A DNA stretch of 64,000 nt from the human T2T-CHM13v2.0 reference genome, Homo sapiens, in NCBI RefSeq assembly GCF_009914755.1, contig NC_060925.1. One strand, given 5' to 3'. Shown here one piece after another: positions 46,907 to 64,000 of the stretch. The position numbers and the translations under genes are program-made. The notes under the pieces are model-generated. The model saw nothing but the letters and a program-made list of their open reading frames with translations, searched no databases and had not been told where the DNA came from. Each line of letters starts with the position of its first letter. The first letter of the stretch is position 1.

Positions 46907-49682
46907 ATAGCTTTTTTCTCCCATTTGACCCATCCCAGAATTAGATGCTCTGCTAAGACATCGAATTGGAAGTCACCACAACAGCTAACAATCTGTTCTG
47001 AGGAAGGGCGTGGAACGCATTTCAATTCCACAGATGAATTTGAATTGTGGGGTCAGAGCACATTCTGCCATATTTGCCAAGTCTCCAACAAATTAGGAGG
47101 TCCAGGTCTTCATTTGGCAGAAGGCTCACATTCTAAGGCATCCAGCAAAATACATTGAGGATTTTTTTCTGCCAAATAAAAATGATTGTTCTTAGTATCA
47201 AGGGAATGTTTGGCAGTGTAGCATTTGCAAAACATCTCCTTCGTCTGCCCCAGGAAAGAGCTGACTTTAGCTTCCAGCCTGGGATCCTCTGAGGGGTCTC
47301 CATAACAGGCTACAGATGCAGGTGAGGAAGATTTCCTTGGCTCTGTGACGATGTGCTAAGGCTTGGAGCTTCCCCACCAGGACCCTCAAAGGAAGAGGTT
47401 TCTCTTTCAAGTTTTGGTGGTTTACTCCAGACATTCTATTTGCTGTTCTGTGTAGGGGTCACTTGTTATTATAACTTCTTTTACCAAATTTCCAAGATTG
47501 TTGTCTTCAAGATCACCTAGACTGGAGATCTGCTATCACTGCCACTTGGGTTAGAAACCCTCCTTCTCCATATCAAAGCATCCCCATGACATGAACCCTC
47601 AAACTCTGACCTGTTCCTCCAATCCATTCCTTCCTGTCCCCTGGCTATTGCCCTGGTTTGCGTTTCCTTATTGCCCACCCAGACTGCTGAACCAGCCTAC
47701 TAATTGATCATCCACGCTGCCAGGGTGAGCTTTCTAAAATCTAGATCCCATTGGGTTTCTTTCCTGGTTTCAAGAGTTTTATTGACTTCTCCCTGTGATC
47801 TATACAGTGGATTTCAACCCTCATAAAAAAGGATTGAAACAGAAGAACCCCAAATTTTTTCAGTGAAGTGTTATCAGGAGCTCCAAGATATAAAACAGAT
47901 AAAGTCTAAGCTGCCCTGGGTAAAGCAAGGACAGAGGCCTCAGAGCCTGCCCTAAAGTCCTCCAGCCCTGCCCCTCTGGGCCCAACACAGCTCTGAGGAA
48001 TCCCGGAACTCTTCCGGACACAGCTGGGATGCTGCAGCCCAGCGGGAGGATGTCTATGCTTCCTGGCTTGGCATAGCAGGCCCTCCAGAATCTGCCCCAG
48101 CCTACCTTTCTGGCCTCATCACCTGCCTTCACTGCACACACTCTCCATGCCCCTGCTACACAAATCACACAACCCCAATGTGCCAGGCATTCGAGGCTCC
48201 ACACTGCAGTCCATGCAGCTTCCTCGGCCTGGTGTCTTCCTGCTCATCCCTGTCTGGACAATCCTAACTGTCCTTCCAGGTTTCACTCCAGTGTCATCCT
48301 GTATGGAGCCCTCTCTTATAAACAATTCAGACAGAGCACACCCCCACCTTCCCCTGGGAAATCTGTTAAGGTGAACTGTTTAACCACTTAAAACATCTGC
48401 TACCCAGACCTGTTTCTCATAGCAATATCATCTTTCTAATCCTGGCCCAGATTATCAATAAATGTGTGTGACATTATGAAGTGAAGACTGTGTCCTTTAT
48501 TCCATCGTCAGCAGAGGTGAGTGAGCCATACACAATTCCCTGAGGAATCCTGAGAACCTTCAGAGGAAGCAAGAGGCCAAAGAGCCCCGAACTGGAAATC
48601 TGAGCCCTTGGGTTCTCATTCTGACTCCATCCCAAACTAAGTCTTTAAATTCAGCTCTACGCTGCCATGGTTTTAGTGCTCTTGGCATAATGATAATGAT
48701 GATTCTAATGGCTAATATTTATAAGGCAGCTACCACATGCAGACAGACACTGCTCTAAGCATTTTTCATGGATTAACTCATTTTTGCTTTACAGAACAAA
48801 GGCTGAAGCATTTACTAGATTGAACCCTTTCTCCAGCTGCATTTGGGACTGAAAGAGACTTTACAGGGATGAGGAAAGGTGAAATGACTGCTCAGGTGAC
48901 TCAGCTGCTAGCAGAACTGGCTGGTGGCAGGTCTCCTGGCTTTCAGGTGAGTATACTTTCACCCACATAACACTGCTCTATGGGAGTAGCCTGGGTATTG
49001 ACCTGTCCCTGCAAAATGTTTTACAAAGCATCAACAGAGAGATATGACACTCAGCTATCAGCACAACTCAATACATGAAAAAAATTTCCTAACTTCAAAA
49101 GTTAAATGATTCCATTCAAATTTGGTTTACTTTTTAAATTACCATCTAGTAAGGACTATATTCACATAAAATAATTTATTTAACAAGGATACAAATGGTG
49201 CCAATAAAATCTAGGGTAGAAAAACTTCTTATCCCCAGCTATAGACATGCTGGTGAGATCCTAACCAGGCAGAGTGGCTCCTTCCACTGTAGTTAAGGCT
49301 GCTACCACGTGGCTTCAAGGACATGGTGTCCATGACCCTCTGCTGTACATCAGATCATAATTCTCTTAAAAGCATGGCTCAATTTAAAGTGTATTCCCCG
49401 AGAGGCAGGCAGCACGCTATCATGGAAAGAGAAGTAAATCTGAAGTCAAAACTCCTGCCATTGACCAAGTGACCCTGGGAAAATCAGTTAATATGGCCAA
49501 GTCCCAGATTTGTCCAGTGGAAAATATTATCAAGGCTATTGGTCCTTCCTAGCTGGGGTTGCTGTGATGCTTCAAGGAGACGTGAATGAAGAGGACTGGT
49601 GTGGGTAAATACTCATTTTTCTTCTTTAAGGAATGGTCATACTTGGAGAATGCTATCCAGAACTGTTTCCTCATTGCAACCC

Positions 49683-50031
49683 TGCCTTAGTCTCTTCCAG
49701 ATGCTATTAACAAAATACCACAGATTGGGTGGCATATAAATGAATGAAATTTATTTCTCACCATTTTGAAGGCTAAGAAGTCCAAGATCAAGACATCAGA
49801 TTTGGTGTCTGGTGAGGATCCTCTCCCTGGTTCAGAGATGGCCATCTTTTCACTGTGTCCTCGCGTGACAGAAGGGATGAGGGATTACTCTGGGGCTCCT
49901 TTTATAAGGGCACTAATCCCATTGATGAGGGCTCCACCCATATGACCTAATCACCTCCTAATACTATCACCTTGAGGGTTAGAATTTTAACATATGAATT
50001 TGGGGGAAACACAAACCTTCAGACCACAGCA
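49683..50031 (-). mobile_element. MLT1 (MaLR) solo LTR
   Basis: aaaataccacaga...aagtccaagatcaag...ttttataagggcactaatccc. Confidence 0.8.
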
Positions 50032-50223
50032 ACCCCAGAGAAGAGAAATGACTTAGCCAAGATCCACAGTATGATGTGGACACGACAGAGCTTGGAGTCT
50101 CCCCTTTCTAGCACTCTATCCTTTACTTAAACTATTTTAGGATTACATTAATTTCATTCTTTTCTTAAGCTAGGAATCTGCAGAAATATTTGTAAATTCA
50201 TATATTACTTTAAGTCTTAACAC

Positions 50224-50510
50224 TTTGTTTTTGAGACAAAGTCTCACTCTTGCCCAGGCTGGGGTGCAGTGACACAATCATGGCTCACTGCAGCCTCAAA
50301 TTCCTGGGCTCAAGCAATCCTTCTACCTCAGCTTCCAGAGTAGCTGGCACTACAAATGCACCCACCATGTCCAGCTAATTTTTAAAATTTTTATATAGAA
50401 GCAGGATCTCTCTATGTTGCCCAGACTGGTCTAAGGCCTGGGCTCAAGGAATCCTCCTGCCTTGCCTTCCCAACATGCTAGGATTACAGGCATGAGCCAC
50501 CACCCAGCCC
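50224..50510 (-). mobile_element. AluJ-type
   Basis: cactgcagcctcaaattcctgggctcaag. Confidence 0.85.
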
Positions 50511-51399
50511 AACCCTTAAAACTTTTAACTGACGCTTAGCATGGCACCAAAATAATATTTATTGAATGTATTCTGGTGCCAACCTCTGGATGCATAATTT
50601 CATCTGACCCTCACAACAGTCCTGCAATGCCCATATGATGAGGCCCCACTTCCCATTCCACCTTGCTGGAACTGGAGGTCAGGGAAACTTAGGGAATTTG
50701 CCCAAGAGCCCATGAGTGAAGAGTGGTAGAGGAGATTCAAATTCTTTTTCTCTACCTGATCCAGTGCTTTTCCCATTAGCCAAGGGTGCCTCAACAAGGA
50801 ACGAGAATCCCACAAAATTGGAGGAAAAGGGAAAAAAAATGTGATTTCAACATGGTGTTCACTAATGCTATTGCAGAAATGTGCACGCAGCATTCACATT
50901 TTGACAAAAGCAGTAATTACCATATTAGGAAATAGAGTCGTCTTCTACCTTTTCTAAAAATCTTAAAAAGTAAACATTAAAGCATACTTTGGGCTTGCTA
51001 ACTTAAAAGGCAAATGGGTGGTGTCGCGTCCACAGCCGTTCTATTTGACCACATTGCAGAGGTACACACGTGCAGGACGGTGATTCTGCAGCTAAGGGTA
51101 CCTCCTCCCTGAGACTGCACCCCGGCCCTTCTCCCCACCCCTTCCATTCTGAGGGTGACGCCTTCACCTGGGCTCTCTTAAAATCCTGCTGTTTGTGTGC
51201 AAATGCGAGTTCAAATTTCTCCCTGAAACACTGGTGGGGGACACTATGCACCCTCAGCTTTAAATGTCACCCTGATTTCCTACATATTCCCTCCTCCAAC
51301 ATACAACCCCTCTCTCCCCCACCCGACCCCCACCACCCCCATCCCCAGCCTCCTGTCCTTCCCATTCCAGGTGCTCCGGGTGCTAGCAAAGCTGGGGTG

Positions 51400-53448
<2,049 letters not shown>

Positions 53449-53855
53449 GAACCAAGGACGCCTGGCTTACAGTGCGCAGCCAGAAGGAGATGTGGCAATG
53501 TGATTCCTTTTGTAATCTGATTATAATTGAACATTGATTTTAAAAAAGCATGTAAAATAGCTGCAATTTCCTCTCATGAACTGGTTTATTGATTCACTTG
53601 GATAGTTTAGAGGGTCGGAGAGAAAATTTTGGGAATTTTTGTTTTTTTAAATTATACTTTAAGTTTTAGGGTACATGTGCACATTGTACAGGTTAGTTAC
53701 ATATGTATACATGTGCCATGCTGGTGCGCTGCACCCACTAACTCGTCATCTAGCATTAGGTATATCTCCCAATGCTATCCCTCCCCCCTCCCCCCTCCCC
53801 ACCACAGTCCCCAGAGTGTGATATTCCCCTTCCTGTGTCCATGTGATCTCATTGT

Positions 53856-57702
<3,847 letters not shown>

Positions 57703-57738
57703 TTAGTTAATACAGTTTCTTCCTAGTCTCGATGGTCT

Positions 57739-58755
57739 TTACATTTTGGCATGATTTTGCAGCGGCTGGTACCGGTTGTTCCTTTCCATGTTTAGCACTT
57801 CCTTCAGGAGCTCTTTTAGGGCAGGCCTAGTGGTGACAAAATCGGTCAGCATTTGCTTGTCTGTAAAGTATTTTATTTCTCCTTCACTTATGAAGCTTAG
57901 TTTGGCTGGATATGAAATTCTGGGTTGAAAATTCTTTTCTTTAAGAATGTTGAATATTGGCCCCCACTCCCTTCTGGCTTGTAGGGTTTCTGCAGAGAGA
58001 TCCGCTGTTAGTCTGATGGGCTTCCCTTTGAGGGTAACCCAATCTTTCTCTCTGGCTGCCCTTAACATTTTTTCCTTCATTTCAACTTTGGTGAATCTGA
58101 CAATTATGTGTCTTGGAGTTGTTCTTCTCGAGGAGTATCTTTGTGGCGTTCTCTGTATTTCCTGAATCTGAACATTGGCCTGCCTTGCTAGATTGGGGAA
58201 GTTCTCCTGGATAATATCCTGCAGAGTGTTTTCCAACTTGGTTCCATTCTCCCCATCACTTTCAGGTACACCAATCAGACGTAGATTTGGTCGTTTCACA
58301 TAGTCCCATATTTCTTGGAGGCTTTGCTCATTTCTTTTTATTCTTTTTTCTCTAAACTTCCCTTCTTGCTTCATTTCATTCATTTCATCTTCCATTGCTG
58401 ATACCCTTTCTTCCAGTTGATCGCATCGGCTCCTGAGGCTCCTGCATTCTTCACATAGTTCTCGAGCCTTGGTTTTCAGCTCCATCAGCTCCTTTAAGTA
58501 CTTCTCTGTATTGGTTATTCTAGTTATACATTCTTCTAAATTTTTTTCAAAGTTTTCAACTTCTTTGCCTTTGGTTTGAATGTCCTCCCGTAGCTCAGAG
58601 TAATTTGATCGTCTGAAGCCTTCTTCTCTCAGCTCGTCAAAGTCATTCTCCATCCAGCTTTGTTCCGTTGCTGGTGAGGAACTGCGTTCCTTTGGAGGAG
58701 GAGAGGCGCTCTGCGTTTTAGAGTTTCCAGTTTTTCTGTTCTGTTTTTTCCCCAT
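57739..58755 (-). CDS. L1 copy B ORF1p, intact 338 aa
   Basis: MGKKQNRK...QNHAKM, full length, with ARR and YPAKLS motifs. Confidence 0.9.
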   Translation of the reverse strand: MGKKQNRKTGNSKTQSASPPPKERSSSPATEQSWMENDFDELREEGFRRSNYSELREDIQTKGKEVENFEKNLEECITRITNTEKYLKELMELKTKARELCEECRSLRSRCDQLEERVSAMEDEMNEMKQEGKFREKRIKRNEQSLQEIWDYVKRPNLRLIGVPESDGENGTKLENTLQDIIQENFPNLARQANVQIQEIQRTPQRYSSRRTTPRHIIVRFTKVEMKEKMLRAAREKDWVTLKGKPIRLTADLSAETLQARREWGPIFNILKEKNFQPRISYPAKLSFISEGEIKYFTDKQMLTDFVTTRPALKELLKEVLNMERNNRYQPLQNHAKM

Positions 58756-59209
58756 CTTTGTGGTTTTATCTACTTTTGGTCTTTGATGATGGTGATGTAC
58801 AGATGGGTTTTCAGTGTGGATATCCTTTCTGTTTGTTAGTTTTCCTTCTAACAGACAGGACCCTCAGCTGCAGGTCTGTTGGAATACCCTGCCGTGTGAG
58901 GTGTCAGTGTGCCCCTGCTGGGGGGTGCCTCCCAGTTAGGCTGCTCAGGGGTCGGGGTCAGGGACCCACTTGAGGAGGCAGTCTGCCCGTTCTCAGATCT
59001 CCAGCTGCGTGCTGGGAGAACCACTGCTCGCTTCAAAGCTGTCAGACAGGGACATTTAAGTCTGCAGAGGTTACTGCTATCTTTTTGTTTGTCTGTGCCC
59101 TGCCCCCAGAGGTGGAGCCTACAGAGGCAGGCAGGCCTCCTTGAGCTGTGGTGGGCTCCACCCAGTTCGAGCTTCCTGGCTGCTTTGTTTACCTAAGCAA
59201 GCCTGGGCA

Positions 59210-59425
59210 ATGGCGGGCACCCCTCCCCCAGCCTCGCTGCCGCCTTGCAGTTTGATCTCAGACTGCTGTGCTAGCAATCAGCGAGATTCCATGGGCGTAG
59301 GACCCTCCGAGCCAGGTGTGGGATATAGTCTCGTGGTGCGCCGTTTTTTAAGCTGGTCTGAAAAGCGCAATATTCTGGTGGGAGTGACCCGGTTTTCCAG
59401 GTGCATCCATCACCCCTTTCTTTGA
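59210..59425 (+). CDS. L1 copy B antisense ORF0, intact 71 aa
   Basis: MAGTPPPASLPPCSLISDCC...SRCIHHPFL*, 216 nt, within the L1 antisense-promoter region. Confidence 0.8.
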   Translation: MAGTPPPASLPPCSLISDCCASNQRDSMGVGPSEPGVGYSLVVRRFLSWSEKRNILVGVTRFSRCIHHPFL

Positions 59426-60234
59426 CTGGGAAAGGGAACTCCCTGACCCCTTGCGCTTCCCAGGTGAGGCAATGCCTCGCCCTGCTTCGGCTCACGCACG
59501 GTGCGCGCACCCACTGGCCTGCGCCCACTGTCTGGCACTCCGTAGTGAGATGAACCCGGTACCTCAGATGTAAATGCAGAAATCACTCGTCTTCTGCGTC
59601 GCTCACACTGGGAGCTGTAGACCGGAGCTGTTCCTATTCGGCCATCTTGGCTCCTCCCAATTTTGGGAATTTCTATGAAAATGACTTCGCTTTGTGAATT
59701 TCGATTTGAATAGAAAATACTCATTTAGCTCTCAAGTAATCTTAGAAACACACAACAGGCACATTTTGGAGACACCAGAGAAAAATCTATAGTTAGGGAT
59801 ACAATTCTGTGATATGTCTTAAGTCTTTTCCTGTCCCAGAACTTATGAAAGGGTGAAGTATAAAGTACCCGTCATAAGAAATCTCCAAGACAAAAAGAAA
59901 TTTTAAAAAGGGCGAAGTGGGAGGATTCCTGTGAACGAGTAGATTTGGGAACCCTGCATACTATATCCTCTCTTGGGAGTTCATAATGCACTTTAAAATT
60001 TTAAAGACTCTGAAAAGGCATGCAGTAAAGACAGTTATTTGTTTAATGCCCCTCCCCCCTTTTTTTCTCAGATAATTTCATGGAATTGATGTTCTGTGAA
60101 ACATTTTTGGAAACAGCACTCTGTAGTTCTTATATGATTGTGAACTTCTTTGGCCTTCCCTCCCTGTGTTGATAGGAAGTGTTTATAATTCCATCAGCAC
60201 TATGTCTTGACTGTTCCACCACAGCCAGGCCATC

Positions 60235-60571
60235 TGATATAGTTTGGCTGTGTCCTCACCCAAATCTCATCTTGAGCTGTAGCTCCCGTAATTCCCAGGT
60301 GTTGTAGGAGAGGCCTTGGGAGATAATTGAATCATGGGGGTGGGGTTTCCCCCATACTATTCTCATAGTAGTGAATAAGTCTAAAGAGATCTGACTGTTT
60401 TATAAGGGGAAACCCCTTTCACTTGATCTCATTCTCTCTTGTCTTTCACCTTCCACCATGATTGTAAGGCCTCCCCAGCCACATGGAATGAGTCCATTAA
60501 ACCTCTTTCTCTGTATAAATTACCCACTCTTGGGTAAGTGTTTATCAGCAACGTGAAAACAGACTAATACA
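60235..60571 (+). mobile_element. THE1/MST (MaLR) solo LTR
   Basis: tgatatagtttggctgtgtc...ccattaaacctc...cagactaataca; near-TSD ccatc/tcatc. Confidence 0.85.
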
Positions 60572-61299
60572 TCATCTAAGAGCTCATTAGAATCTATTTG
60601 GTCTGCTTCTTTTTTTGGTCAGTCCTATCCAGTCTTATGAAATAAAATTCTATTGGAATCCTTCTCTTCCCCTCTATTTCTCCTCTGTCTCTTTTGGAGG
60701 AGGTATGTGATGTCATTCTGTCTACCCACATTGTGTCTAATTAACCTAACCAGGCCCTGAGTCAATGACTAAGCATGACTCAGTAATATGACATTTTAAA
60801 AATAAGGAGCCAAAAGTTAAATAGAAATTAACCCATCATATCTCAGAGTCTTCATTGAAATCTCTAAATGCTTTCTTTAAAAAGCCCCTAGTATCACGTT
60901 TGTATTAGAGAGAGAGAAATAGAATAAGCCCCATTGGGAGATTTATATCTTATTAGTAATTCTAAAACATTAAAGGTAACCTGACAAAGGATTTTGTGCA
61001 GAGGTCAGTTTGAGGTCCACTTTCTTGGCTCTTATCATGGAAACCACGCCCTCTTCCCCATTCCATTTTCTTCCCCTGCCCCAGATCCCTTCTGCCTGGT
61101 ATGCCCAAAGAGGCCTACTGTAGGACCCTTACTCTTTTCCTCAGAAATGTTCAGGGACAGCCCCCTTGCTCAAAATGGAAGGGCTCACATATCTTGCCTC
61201 AATTTCCAACCTTATTCTCTTCTCCTTGCCCAAGTTAATCCTCTGTTCCGGCCAAATGCCATGTGCAACCCAAATATTCAAGAGTAATGCTTAAGACAT

Positions 61300-61500
61300 T
61301 TCAGACAGACTTTGTTATGAATCCTAGCTCTTCCTCTTAGTACAGTTGTGTGAGACTGGAGAAGTTACCTTTTTGAGCCTGTTTTCTTGTTTGTAAAATG
61401 GAAAATAATTCGTACTTCAAAGGCACGTTGCAAAGGATGATAAAAACTAATCCATGTAAGGTGTTTGGCACAGTGCCCAGAACCTGATACATACCCTATA
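61300..61500 (+). mobile_element. MIR
   Basis: gaatcctagctc...tgtaaaatgg...ggcacagtgcc. Confidence 0.6.
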
Positions 61501-62049
61501 GTTAAGTACTGCAGGGTTTTTTGGTTAATAACACTGATCTTGCACCTTTCTCAGTTCCATTATCCCTACTTTGGTGTCTTTTCCCCAGCTGCCCCCTTCT
61601 ACCATATCCATGCCTGGGTTTTCTGAGCTTAGTTCACATTCTGCCTCTTCCCTGGCTGCCCCATCTTGACATCACTCTTCACTGACAAACTGCATGGCTC
61701 ATGGAGTACTTAGTAGTTACTGCTTGTATGGCATACCTATTTTGCAATCCACATCTTGGCTTCCTAACTAGCCTACATGCTACTTGAAGCCAGGATCATC
61801 GTCTTAGACTTCTTTATACAGTACTTAACATGGTGGTCAATACATAGTCAAAATAAAGGCCATAAAACAGGATGTTTTGACTTCACCTCCATATCCCATG
61901 CATTTTTTCCTAATGTTCTTTGCTTTTTGCTCCAAGAAATAAATACAGACTTGTATTTTTTCCAATTCTTTGTGAATATTACTGGTAGAACTAATCTATA
62001 CAAAATGAATTTAACAGAAATGGAGTAGACTTACTTTTTCTTATTTTTC

Positions 62050-64000
62050 CCTTAAGTACAATTAAAAGCCCTCAACATCATACATAAAACAAACATGAGA
62101 ACACTGAAAGGTGGAGAGACGACAGACCAGCTAGGGACCTTGGGACCCAAGGAGCCACACAGTGGTAAATTTCCTGGGCTTTTTTTGACCTCATATATCT
62201 CAGACCAGGAGCCAAAGAAAGGAATAACCCCAAGAAACCAAGTGCAGACAAAAAAGCCCCAACACAAGTCAGCTCTTTCCAGTCAAAGGATCAAGAAAGG
62301 GCAGGCTAACAAGAAAAAAAACTTTAGACAATAACCACTCTACTCCAACAAACTCCACCCTTACCCATGCCAGCAAAGACTGAGGGGGGAACCTAGACTT
62401 TTACCCTCGCAAGCTGAAACAAGGAGCTCCCTCCTCCTGCCCTAGCAATGCCAGCAGAGACCACAGGGGAACTCAGACTTCCAACCACCGCCTCCCCAGG
62501 CATCTCTCCCCACCTCCCCACCTCCCCACCTCCCCATTGGATGATGTCAAAGGAAGATGAGTGGAGTGAGGACTTCTATCAGTATCCACCAGGAACAAGG
62601 CTGAATACCCCTTTTTTGGCCCCCAGCCCCTGCCACCCTGTAGAGGCCACATAGGAACCAGTAATGAGGCATTCCTACACCTCCTAGACAGGGAGGTATT
62701 AGTAGAGGCCTGAAGGGGAGCCAGGACTCCCACCCCCACCAGCAGTAATAAAGGTGCGCACACACACACCTCAGGTGACAATGGAGGTTGAGTAGGGACC
62801 TGGAGTTCTGTCCCCAGCTGGTAGTAATAAGGCAGTGGCCCCCTTTCTCTTCTGGAGTGGTGTCAGAGGAAGCCAGATAAAACAAAAGGTTTAAATAAGT
62901 TCTAGCCTTATAATACTCAAGATGTCTAGGTTTCAACTGAGATTCACACTTTATACCAAGAACCAAGGACATCCCAAACTGAATGAAAAGGTAAACAATA
63001 GATGCCAACATGCGGACAAATGTTAGACTTACCTTAAAAAGAACTTAAAGCCACCATAATAAAAATACCTTAACAAGCAATTATGAACACGTTGAAACAA
63101 AAAAAAAGGAAATATCTGCAAATAGATAGAAAGTCTTAGCAAATAAATAAGAAGTATAAAGAAGAACCAAATGAAAATTTTAGAACTGGAAAATACAATA
63201 ACAATAATCAAAAACTCAGTGGATGGACTCAACAACTGAATAAAGGGAGAAAGCAGAGAATCCGTGAACTGGAAGAGAGAACAATAAAAATTACCCAAAC
63301 GGAGAAACAAAATTTATTGGGGAACAAAATGAGTAGAGTCTTATGGGCCTATGTGACTATAACAAAAGATCTAACATTCATGGTATGGGAATCCAGGAGA
63401 AAGGTACAATAAGGAGAGGGCTGAAAAAGTACTCAAGGAAACAATGGCTGAAAACTTTTCAAATGTGATAAAGTATTAAACTCTAAAAGGGTAAACCCAT
63501 AGAAATCCATAAGATACAACATAAACTTCTAAAACTAAAGACAAAGAAATTATTGATCAAGAGAGTGAGAAAATAAGCCATAAACTGAGAGAATATTTGC
63601 AAAATACTGATTATATTAAAATTAAATAAAGTATACTTCAGAGCAAAGAAAACTACCAGAAACAGAGAGGAACATTATAAATTTACAATACAGTCAATCC
63701 ACCAAGAAGACATAGCAATTCTAAACATGTATCAAACAACAGAGCTACAAAGCGTGTGAAGCAAAAACTAATAGAACTGTAGCTGGGCGTGGTGGCATAT
63801 GCGTGTGGTCCCAGCTACTCAGGAAGCTGAGGTGGGAGGATCACTTGAGTCTGAGAGGCAGAGGTTGCAATGAGGCAAGATCATGCCACTGCAATCCAGC
63901 CTGGGTGGCAGAGTGAGACCCCATCTCAAAAAAAATTAAACCAATAAAAGAAAAAAAAAAACTAATAGAACTGGAAAGACAAATAGATAAATCCACAGTT
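62050..64000 (+). mobile_element. Ancient L1M (5'UTR/ORF1/ORF2 start) carrying an Alu right-arm insertion at 63780-63956
   Basis: A-rich degenerate L1 ORF1/EN-like sequence; Alu TSD aaaaactaatagaactg at 63763-63779 and 63957-63973. Confidence 0.7.

Overview
Hominid (human or great-ape) genomic DNA that I recognise from protein sequence as the SUSD4 / CCDC185 (C1orf65) locus. The left third is the 5' end of SUSD4 on the minus strand: a CpG-island promoter, a non-coding first exon, coding exon 2 (MYHGMNPS...Q7...signal peptide) and about 21 kb of the following intron. The intronless 623-aa CCDC185 gene lies on the plus strand at 51577-53448. It is bracketed by two full-length, same-orientation LINE-1 elements: an older L1PA3/PA4-type copy that keeps the ~129-bp ZNF93-binding 5'UTR segment, and a younger L1PA2-type copy without it, with intact ORF1 and ORF0. 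The rest is ordinary primate repeat content (Alu, MIR, L2, MLT1/THE1 LTRs, MER DNA transposons, old L1). I see no RNA genes, no CRISPR array and no new multi-gene system. The strongest observations are (i) two splice-site-bounded intronic exons that would join SUSD4 exon 2 in frame to give a 106-aa short, possibly secreted isoform, (ii) four upstream AUGs around the SUSD4 start, (iii) non-consensus variants shared by the two L1s, suggesting gene conversion, and (iv) an RFX X-box and an AP-1/ARE cluster near CCDC185. Repeat subfamily names and consensus comparisons come from memory and need RepeatMasker confirmation.
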